A stretch of DNA of 64,000 nucleotides from Macrostomum lignano. Taxonomy: Eukaryota. The DNA lies in NCBI GenBank assembly GCA_002269645.1, contig NIVC01001676.1:188075-252074 (forward strand), given 5' to 3'. The notes below the pieces were generated by a model. It saw nothing but the letters and a program-made list of their open reading frames with translations, made no database searches and was not told the origin of the DNA. The translations under genes were made by a program, and so were the position numbers. Below are positions 54,276 to 64,000 of the stretch, piece by piece; positions within the stretch are counted from its first letter, which is position 1, and the number at the start of each line of letters is the position of its first letter.

Positions 54276-57200
54276 ATGTTCCTGTGGAAGGTCTGCAGTC
54301 TCATTCACGAGCGCAAAATTTTAGTGGAAGAGGAGCGCAGGCTGAACCGAGTCAGCCAGGACCCCATCGAAGCTGCCGCCTTCGTGAAGGAGCACCGGCG
54401 CAGGACCCGGAACAAGGAGCTGCAGTATGAGTACAAGGTGAGTAGCGGCTGGTTGTGGAGCTGCAGTATGAGTACAAGGTGAGTAGCGGCTGGTTGTGGA
54501 GCTGCAGTATGAGTACAAGGTGAGTAGCGGCTGGTTGTGGAGCTGCAGTATGAGTACAAGGTGAGTAGCGGCTGGTTGTGGAGCTGCAGTATGAGTACAT
54601 GCACTGCAGACACGGACATGCACTGCAGACATGGACACGCACTCCAGACACGGACATGCACTGCAGACATGGACATGCACTGCAGACACGGACACGCACT
54701 GCAGACACGGACACGCACTGCAGACATGGACATGCACTGCAGACATGGACATGCACTGCAGACATGGACATGCACTGCAGACACGGACACGCACTGCAGA
54801 CACGGACATGCAGACACGGACATGCAGACATGGACATGCAGACATGGACATGCAGACATGGACATGCAGACACGGACATGCAGACATGGACATGCAGACA
54901 TGGACATGCAGACACGGACATGCACTGCAGACATGGACATGCACTGCAGACATGGACATGCACTGCAGACATGGACATGCACTGCAGACATGGACATGCA
55001 CTGCAGACATGGACATGCACTGCAGACACGGACACTCACTGCAGACACGGACATGCAGACACGGACATGCAGACATGGACATGCAGACATGTACATGCAG
55101 ACACGGACATGCAGACATGGACATGCACTGCAGACACGGACATGCAGACATGGACATGCAGACATGGACATGCAGACACGGACATGCACTGCAGACACGG
55201 ACACGCGCTGCAGACACGGACACGCACTGCAGACACGGACATGCACTGCAGACACGGACATGCAGACACGGACATGCAGACATGGACATGCACTGCAAAC
55301 ACGGACATGCAGACACGGACATGCAGACACGGACATGCAGACACGGACATGCACTGCAGACGCGGACCTCAGGGTATTATCGCGGGAAGACACTCGTGTC
55401 GTAGGGACTCCACAGTATGCAGTCAGTCAATGGCTAATTCATTCAAGCTGAGATTCAAGCTTGAAGATTCTCGACGCATTTTTCTCGAAAGTCGCCTTAC
55501 CAGAGTGAAACGGCTTGACTTGAGGCGCTGCTCTGTCTCCAAGCGGGAAATTTCTACTTTGATGAAAAATTAATCTCTGCTTGCCTGACAGGGTAGAGAG
55601 AACAACTGGCTCCACAAGCCGCCGGCTCAAAGCATTTATCGATTGGCACCAGGGCTCCCATCATGGCTTGGGTCTGTATCATCGCTCTCTCACGCGTCTT
55701 CAGTGGCAGCTGCCACAATTGCTTTTTTTCCTGTTTCTGCGCAAAGCTGGCAAGCTGAGTTTTGAGCACAGACTCAGGCAGACTCAGGGCTGCTGCCAAT
55801 TTTCTGAAGCTGATTCCATTATTTAGCAAAGCTCCACACAGTCTGAAGAGTTCAATAAGTTCAACGTTGTCTTTAGCCGTATCGGATTTCGCTGGATTAA
55901 TGAGATTATGAAAAATGAGCTTTTCGATCTCAATTGTCCTTTTCAGGCTATCGAGCAAATCTCTGTGGGCGAGAAGCAGTCGGTGAGGAAATCAAAAATG
56001 AAATTTAATCGAGAAAGACTCGTCAATAATTGAAATCCCCAGGGGCCACAAAGCAAACTTCCCAAAGTTTGCCACCTCAGCTCCCCAGGGTCTGCCAGCT
56101 CAGCTCCTCAGGGTCTGCCAGCTCAGCTCCTCAGGGTCTGCCACCTCAGCTCCTCAGGGTCTGCCAGCTCAGCTCCTCAGGGTCTGCCAGCTCAGCTCCT
56201 CAGGGTCCGCCACCTCAGCTCCTCAGGGTCCGCCACCTCAGCTCCTCAGGGCCCGCCACCTCAGCTCCTCAGGGCCCGCCACCTCAGCTCCTCAGGGCCC
56301 GCCACCTCAGCTCCTCAGGGCCCGCAAACACACCTCTATTAAAGCGCCATCCCTGAATCCCCGAATCCACAGGCCAGCATCAGAAGCGAAGGTCAGCACA
56401 AGGTTGCTGAGGCCGCCAAGCTGCCGTGCAATAAAGAGAAAAACCTCAGTGAACGAGTCCTGCCGTGTGAGTGCCGCACCAACAGGTTGCATTCGTAAAG
56501 ATTAATTGGGATCGGTGCCCTCATTCATGTCATCTTCCGATCTCCATTCACCAACCGCTCCTCATTCACCGATCTCCCCGACTCCCCATTCACCAACCGC
56601 TCCTCATTCACCGATCTCCCCGACTCCCCATTCACCAACTAAACCTCATTCACCGATCTCCTCGACTCCCCATTCACCAACCGCACCTCATTCACCGATC
56701 TCCCCGACTCCCCTTTCACCAACTAAACCTCATTCACCGATCTCCCCGACTCCCCATTCAACAACTAAACCTCATTCACCGATCTCCCCGACTCCCCTTT
56801 CACCAACCGCACCTCATTCACCGATCTCCCCGACTCCCCATTCACCAACCGCACCTCATTCACCGATCTCCCCGACTCCCCTTTCACCAACCGCTCCTCA
56901 TTCACCGATCTCCCCGACTCCCCATTCACCAACCGCACCTCATTCACCGATCTCCTCGACTCCCCATTCACCAACCGCACCTCATTCACCGATCTCCTCG
57001 ACTCCCCATTCACCAACCGCACCTCATTCACCGATCTCCCCGACTCCCCTTTCACCAACCGCTCCTCATTCACCGATCTCCCCGACTCCCCATTCACCAA
57101 CCGCACCTCATTCACCGATCTCCTCGACTCCCCATTCACCAACCGCACCTCATTCACCGATCTCCTCGACTCCCCATTCACCAACTAAACCTCATTCACC

Positions 57201-60200
57201 AAGCTTCCGGTTTCCCATTTACCGACTAAACCTCATTCACCGATCTCCCTAATCCCCATTCACTAACTCCACCTCATTCACGGATCTCCTAGATTCTATT
57301 CACCAACTAAACGTCATTCACCAATTTCCCTTATCCCCATTCACCGACTAAACCTCATTCACCGATCTCCCCTCTCCCCAGACGAACGCAACATAGTCCG
57401 CCTGGAGCCGGGTCTGGGCGAGCCCGACGTGGCTGAGGGCGGCGGCTACATGAACGCCAGCTGGATTGATGTGAGAAAAAGTTTTAATGGCTTCTGCTCA
57501 ATTTTTTATCACGAGCATCCGATAGTTTACGATCTCTTAATCCCCTAATTATCGGCAGGGCTACAACCAGCCCAAGAAGTTCATTGCCGCCCAGGGCCCC
57601 CTGGCGGCTACTAAAAATGACTTCTGGCGAATGGTGTGGCAGTACCGCTGCTGCTGCATCGTCATGACTACGAATCTGTTTGAGCACGCCAGGGTGAGTC
57701 GAGAGTCTTAAGCCTCCCTGGCTTAATCCCCTTATACCGGATTAGCTACTCCAAACTGATTCAGAAATTTTGCTGGTCCAAACTTATAGCAACAGTGCGA
57801 CAAGTACTGGCACAATGTCTATGCCAGGTTTGGCGACATTGACGTGTGGCTTGACGACCTGTACTCAACTGCCGAGTACGAGAGCCGGCTGTTCAAGGTT
57901 AAAAAGGTGAGTGGCTTTGTCTAGATTAGTGCCTAGATTAGTGCCTAGATCAGTGCATAGATCAGTGCATAGATCAGTGCATAGATCAGTGCATAGATCA
58001 GTGCATAGATCAGTGTATAGATCAGTGCATAGATCAGTGCATAGATCAGTGTATAGATCAGTGCATAGATCAGTGTATAGATCAGTGCATAGATCAGTGC
58101 ATAGATCAGTGTATAGATCAGTGCATAGATCAGTGTATAGATCAGTGCATAGATCAGTGCATAGATCAGTGCATAGATCAGTGCATAGATCAGTGCATAG
58201 ATCAGTGCATAGATCAGTGCATAGATCAGTGCATAGATCAGTGTATAGATCAGTGCATGTCTTCACCTCCGCCTCGCCAGGCCGGCTGCGAGACGCGGCT
58301 GGTCCGGCAGTTCCAGTTCAAGAACTGGAGCCACTTCGACACGCCGCTACCAACCACGGTGATCGAAATTCGACGCAAAGTCAACGACTGGTGTGCGCGG
58401 CAAATGCGCACCAATCATCGTGCACTGCAGGTTGGTCACGTGACAGCCTGTGACGTTGTGACGCTGTTTATTTAAAGTTCTTATCGAAAAGTACGAATTG
58501 TTTTTATTGCGCTCCCGTTACCAATGTGGCGCCCCAGATGCCAAAGTGGCGCCCCAGATGCCAAAGTGGCGCCCCAGATACCAAGGTGGCGCCCCAGATG
58601 CCAAAGTGGCGCCCCAGATACCAAAGTGGCGCCCCAGATACCAAAGTGGCGCCCCAGATACCAAAGTGGCGCCCCAGATACCAAAGTGGCGCCCCAGATA
58701 CCAAAGTGCCGCCCCCGATACCAAAGTGGCGCCCCCGATACCAAAGTGCCGCCCCCGATACCAAAGTGGCGCCCTTTGGCATGCACGAGTCGAATGCGGA
58801 TTGTGAAATAACTACAATATTAAAATTAATATCTGAAACGGAAAATCTCGCACAAGATATTCTTACCCAGCGTCTGGTCCCACTGACATTGCCTGTCCTT
58901 GGCTCTCTTCCGGTTTAAAAAAAACTTTTTTTGCAACGCCACACCAGAAGAAGCGAGCCTGAGTAGCAATGGCCCAACCCCACGACAGCAGGAAGCGGAG
59001 CATCCAGATCCCTCTACACGGCACAATGCCTCCTGGCTCTTTTAGTCCATTCAATTTCCTGATTTTGAAACTCAAATCTTTGCCGATCTCTTTTTAACCC
59101 CCCCCCTGAGTCCGGCACTGCCGGAACCTCCGCTGTCCGCGTTCAGGGACAGAATTAATATCCCATTTTTTACTTTTAACTGACTGCACCTCCGCATCCT
59201 GGAACTGGGTGGGCATTGTGCCAACTTATTTGAATGATGCTTCTAAGATAAAATACTGCGCAGCACAATCTATAAAGCTTGAATGCGTACTTTTCTAAAT
59301 TTTAAAGACCAGACTAATAAATGATCGGCCCCTAGTACCTGAACTTGGCGCCCCTAGTACCTGAACTTGGCGCCCCTAGTACCTGAACTTGGCGCCCCCT
59401 AGTACCTGAACTTGGCGCCCCCTAGTACCTGAATTTGGCGCCCCTAGTACCTGAACTTGGCGCCCCCTAGTACCTGAACTTGGCGCCCTAGTACTCTTGA
59501 TTGTACCGTCGACATTTACCTAAACAAAGTCCTCATAAAATCCGAAAAGTCCTGAAAATCTTCCGAAACCGCTCCCTGACCCAGCGACGGGGCGGGCCGC
59601 ACCGGTACGTACATCTGCATTGACATCGAAGTCAGCAAGGCGGAGGACGGCCGCCCATTGACATTCTTCAGCAGACGCTGGCGCTGCGCAAAGCCCGGCC
59701 AGGCCTGGTGGGCAACCTCAGCCAGTACCGGTTCGTGTACGAGACTGTGGCCACGGCGCTGGCCTGCCGACCGACCACCGTGAAGGTGTTCGACTTCGCT
59801 AAGCTGACGCTAGGATGGCCCAGCGCGACCCGTCGGGTGGCAGCCAGGCGACCGGCTTCTCGGCGGAGTTCACCTGCCTGGCCGGCCTGGTGAAGCCGCT
59901 CAGCGTCGGCGAGTGCGCGGCGGGCATCGGCGGAGAATCGATGGAAAAGTCGAGACGTCATGGTGCAGCCGCGTGAGTCCCTGGCTAGCAGCTGGACTAC
60001 AAGAGCGGGGTGCAGGAGCACTGACGGCTGACTCCACTGCCCGTTGCAAACGTTAGCGTAGATGAGAATCGCTAAAAAATTCGTTTGTCTTTTTAACGAC
60101 TCAAACTCGTTGTGCTGACGCTTAACTTTCGCTAGAGATGTGACTCAACTTCATCAAGCGACGAAAATGCGCTTCAAACACAACTCAGTGACTCTACAGC

Positions 60201-61679
60201 GACTCAAGCACGCCTCAAATACGACTCTACCGCCCAGAGTAGCTATACTGTCAAGCCAGAGTCACTTGCGTCTACCGCCCAGAGTAGTTTTACTGTCAAG
60301 CCAGAGTCACTTGCGTCGACCGCCCCAGAGTAGCTATACTGTCAAGCTAGAGTCACTTGCGTCGACCGCCCCAGAGTAGCTATACTTTCAAGCCAGAGTC
60401 ACTTGCGTCGACCGCCCCAGAGTCGTTTCAGAGTCGCAGACAATAAAACGCTTCAAAGTGACTTTTGGGCGAATCTTTGATGACTTTTTTGGCGGCTTTA
60501 AACGTGAAATCTCGTCGTTTTAGAGTTTAGTCCCACGTCACTTCTTTCTTATTTTACCTGTACCACCTGCAACGACTCTAAAACGACTCTGGGGCGACAC
60601 AAGTGACTCTGAGACGCTTCTTGGCCCAGGTACCGTTTTCATCGGGCTGATGCTAGAATCTCAGAAATTCAGTAGCTCACCCAATCAAGGTGTCAGGTGC
60701 AAGTCGCAATTAGCTATCTGATGATATTTCGTCTATTGAAAGTGCATGGATTACGGAATGGTAGACTCGCTGAGGGTGCTCAGAGTGTCTGCAGCATCAG
60801 CAGCACCCTGTGAGCAGTTAGGACTCGACGCGGATGATGTGGCCTACCGCCTGGAGTCTCCGACGACGAGGCAGATCCTGGGGCAGGTTCTTGACTTGGC
60901 CCTGTTAAAAACCTTCTTACAACCTGGATCATCGCCTGAAACAACGTTGCCCTCTGTCCGACAGAAGATGCAAGGCAGCCAAGACGAAATCCTTGATCCA
61001 TCCCAGGTTAATTAATCACTGTCAAACCGTCCAGCTGACTTTACACGTCGGGCTTCATTTATCAAATATGATTTTTAATCTTTTTGTTTGTCAGAGCTGT
61101 CAATGAAGTACAAGCCTCATTAAGTTTGCTAGATCGTTGGTTCCGTGTTCTTGAATTTAAAATTATCACCTGATTTCCGCGCCACCTTCAGCCGAGCGAG
61201 CCAGGCCCTACCTGCTGACGCAGGACAGCGCGTCCAGCACGGACTTCATCAATGCTGTCTATGTTGATGTGAGTAAATTGTAGGGCTCGGTGGCAGCTCC
61301 CTAAATTTCTAGACATACCCCGTTAAATTATACGAATAGCCAGTGTTTCATACTCTGAAATGCTCTATGAGCATTGTGCCCACTAAAAGTATATTATCTA
61401 AAATACCACTGGCAGGGGCATAGTCGGACCAATCAGTACATTGTGACCCAGTGGCCGCTGAAGAATACTGTCTGCGACTTCTGGAAGTTAATCCACGATC
61501 ACCACGTGTCAGTGGTGGTGCTGCTGTCCGACTCCAGCCGTGGCGGCACCGGCTCGCAGCCGAGATTCTGGCCAGCTGAGACCGGCTCGGAGCAGGGATT
61601 CGGCTCAGTGTTTGCCATCAAGCAGGACGAGTTGAGAGTCACCGAGAGTGTGCTCTGCAGGATGCACGCCGTTACAAAG
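54276..61679 (+). CDS. Tandem-domain protein tyrosine phosphatase with pseudophosphatase-like D1 (Ptp36E-like by recollection); 3' end not found in window; frameshifted as assembled
   Basis: Exons 54276-54437, 56373-56466, 57382-57470, 57559-57693, 57790-57906, 58281-58430, 59585-59972, 61192-61268, 61416-61679. Motifs VLPYER, YMNASWID, FIAAQGP, DFWRMVW, IIVHCSDGAGRTG, QYRFVY; D2 FINAVYVD, YIVTQWP. Five small indels are needed in exons 6-7. Confidence 0.88.
54417..54599 (+). repeat. 41-bp tandem repeat spanning the PTP exon 1/intron 1 junction
   Basis: gagctgcagtatgagtacaag|gtgagtagcggctggttgtg x4.5; donors at 54438, 54479, 54520, 54561. Confidence 0.95.
54600..55362. repeat. 14/19-bp compound minisatellite
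   Basis: gcagaca(c/t)ggacat and gcactgcagaca(c/t)ggacat units. Confidence 0.95.
56075..56322. repeat. 23-bp minisatellite
   Basis: cagggtctgccagctcagctcct units. Confidence 0.93.
56540..57375. repeat. 42-bp minisatellite running up to a PTP splice acceptor
   Basis: cattcaccaaccgcacctcattcaccgatctccccgactccc units. Confidence 0.95.
57925..58257. repeat. 12-bp minisatellite
   Basis: gatcagtg(c/t)ata units. Confidence 0.96.
58525..58775. repeat. 20-bp minisatellite, possibly a hAT-MITE remnant
   Basis: ggcgccccagataccaaagt units; a hAT-like right end tgagtccggcactg at ~59107-59121, with no left TIR found. Confidence 0.85.
59330..59492. repeat. ~22-bp minisatellite
   Basis: ggcgcccc(c)tagtacctgaactt units. 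Confidence 0.9.
60190..60620. repeat. ~45-bp tandem repeat with inverted partial copy (MITE/foldback-like)
   Basis: ccgcccagagtagctatactgtcaagccagagtcacttgcgtc units; gccccagagtcgtttcagagtcg (~60415) is inverted at ~60575-60597. Confidence 0.7.
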
Positions 61680-63524
61680 GTCAGGAATTCTGATAGAATA
61701 TTTCTAGCACTTAAAAAAAAACTTTTATTCCTTCTAGCATATGGATGGCTACTTAGACTAACTTGTTAGTCCTAAATTCGACTAACATCAGAAACGCAAT
61801 AGTCCTCATCCATCTCACGAGAGCGTCAATAAAGATTCGTCAGCTAACAGACCTGATCTTGGCTGCTGTGTACACGAGTATCGGGCGGGGTAGGAAAACT
61901 GCGGCTGGGGTGGGTGCCGAGTGTATAAGCATTAATCGATAAACTTCACCCACCCCACTCCCCGCTGGGGTTAACGTAAGTCGCTTAGCAGACAGATCTA
62001 ATTAAGGGGGTTGCGGACGTGGGGATAGGAAAATTGGGGTGTTGGGGGTTGGGGTCCTTTGCCGGAAAATCGATAAGACCTACTCCCCACTCGATATGGT
62101 AGCGCAGTTAAAAATATTACTTTTATTAATATACACTACATGTGAGAATTATGCTCGTAGATTGATCTTATAGCTCGTAAGCGATAAAAAAGCCACTATC
62201 TCTAACCAAAAACAATGTCTCTTTGAAGGACAAATTATTTTCCTACGAATTAGCTATCAAGGTCGGCTGGTCCAACAGTTCAGTTTCTATGAAATATCGG
62301 TGGCCTGTACAATCTCTCTCGATGCGGGGAGCGTGAGTGTGCCCTTAGTTCCACGAAATCAACTTCCCAATTCATCACCAGGTCCAGTGTTTGGGCCTGG
62401 AGAAGTGGAGGTTAGAGAGAGAGAGGGCGGTCGGGCTCAAACCTGTCTTTAATCCCTCCAGCTTCCCCATCTAACAGGCGGGCGGCACGCCAGCCTGTCA
62501 AAGGAGGATCTCGGGGTGCAAGAGTGGACTTTATGGCGGCCTGGCAGGCTGGAGGGCAAAAGGGGAAAGGTGCTGAGCTGGAAAGTGAGAGCATAGAGAG
62601 GGAGAGAGAGCAGAGAATTGAGGGTAAGAAGGCGCTGCCATGGTCTACAACCACCCTGCAGACCAAACTGAAGGGGATTTTTTCAAAAAAGCCCAACCCA
62701 TGAAAAGCCTGATGAATTGTTTCCCAAGAGCAGCGGCCGCCCTGCATCCCGCGCGATATTGGGCCTCGACACGCAGATTGACTTGCACTGCACTGATAGG
62801 GACGAGCCAACCCGACTGCAAGGGAAGCCGGCTCGGAGATGTTGGGAATAAAGTAGCATTATTAAGTGGAAGAGGAGTTGAAATTTACCCCCTCTGCAGC
62901 TCAGAGCAGACGTCTCTCTTCAGCCAGCTTAGCAGCGTTCCAGCAATCGGGTGGTTGGAAATATGTTCCATGAAAACGTCTTTGCTGAGAACTTCAATAA
63001 TATAATTGCACTGGGCCACCCGGCCGTCAATCCGGCTCCCATGACTTGGGCCTATCTGCCTATGCCAGTGTTTGCTTATCTCCTCACTTCAACCGGCCCA
63101 CCCCAGCTTCATTCCTGAGTATTTGGGGCTCAGCGCGTCACAGAGTGGCTTATATGGTTAACCTGCTCCCCTTGGCGACAATCGCTTCTCTTCCCCGACG
63201 GTTCTCGCAGCCCGCGGACGGAATGCTGTCTGGGGCTTCTGTACTCTTCTTCTCTCAAGCCTCACACGGCTTCATTTCACACAGAGCTGCCTGCCTCCAT
63301 CCTGCATTTCCTAGCACGGTTTGTTGCATATCTGGTACACAATTATTGCCAGCAGCATCGCAATTCTGCTCATCCAAAATACCACTCAGTCGGAAATTCT
63401 GACAGCTACAATTTTGCACAGCAGTAATTTTTTCTGTTATAATTTTTCACTCTGTCACTATGTCACTCACGTAAAGGTCAGATACTAGATAACTACATAA
63501 TGTCACTTAAATCATAGTCACTCG

Positions 63525-64000
63525 ATCACAATGTCACTCGATCACAATGTCACTCGATCACAATGTCACTCGATCAACAATATCACTCGATCACAATGTC
63601 CCTCGATCACAATTTCACTCAAACACAATGTCACTCGATCACAATGTCACTCGATCACAATATCACTCGATCACAATGTCCCTCGATCACAATTTCACTC
63701 AAACACAATGTCACTCGATCACAATGTCACTCGATCACAATGTCCCTCGATCACAATGTCACTCGATCACAATGTCCCTCGATCACAATTTCACTCAAAC
63801 ACAATGTCACTCGATTACAATGTCACTCGATCACAATGTCACTCGATCACAATGTCACTCGATCACAATGTCCCTCGATCACAATGTCACTCGATCACAA
63901 TGTCCCTCGATCACAATTTCACTCAAACACAATGTCACTCGAATTACAATGTCACTCGATCACAATGTCACTCGCACAATGTCACTCGATCACAATGTCC
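63525..64000. repeat. 16-bp minisatellite running off the window end
   Basis: cacaatgtcactcgat units with higher-order variants. Confidence 0.96.

Noticed and set aside
54305-55573. Cys/His-rich metallothionein-like ORFs
   Set aside because: Open in several frames on both strands because of the 14/19-bp minisatellite; intronic.
62380-63420. Remaining PTP D2 exons
   Set aside because: The open frames lack the expected QFQ/WP and HC-like motifs; the rest of the gene probably lies beyond the window.

Overview
Eukaryotic, intron-containing animal DNA. GC-rich exons, minisatellite-filled introns and TTAGGG tracts suggest a Macrostomum-like flatworm; that assignment is inference. Most long ORFs in the supplied track are repeat artefacts, and the genes below were rebuilt by hand from GT-AG junctions. 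Minus strand: two tandem PHYHD1-like 2OG/Fe(II) dioxygenase genes, an orphan gene, and a complete 6-exon single-domain ACE (M2 peptidase, 658 aa). Plus strand: two paralogous 4-exon orphan type-I membrane protein genes sharing a 7-Cys ectodomain, and a tandem-domain PTP whose D1 has pseudophosphatase motifs and several frameshifts (its 3' end probably lies beyond the window). Mobile DNA: a defective Ty3/gypsy element (175-bp LTRs, TSD ATAAT) carrying a nested solo LTR, a second gypsy 3' fragment, a MULE/foldback (9-bp TSD), a hAT MITE (8-bp TSD), a CACTA-like TIR pair, two copies of a tRNA-derived CORE-like SINE, a LINE 3' fragment, and a ~9-kb head-to-tail array of Helentron-like units. There are also more than 20 tandem arrays. 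The strongest leads are: sharply bounded CpG-depleted, TpA-rich tracts in otherwise CpG-rich DNA (possible methylation-driven or RIP-like hypermutation); the new Cys-domain receptor pair; mosaic PHYHD1 duplicates; and introns made almost entirely of microsatellite.
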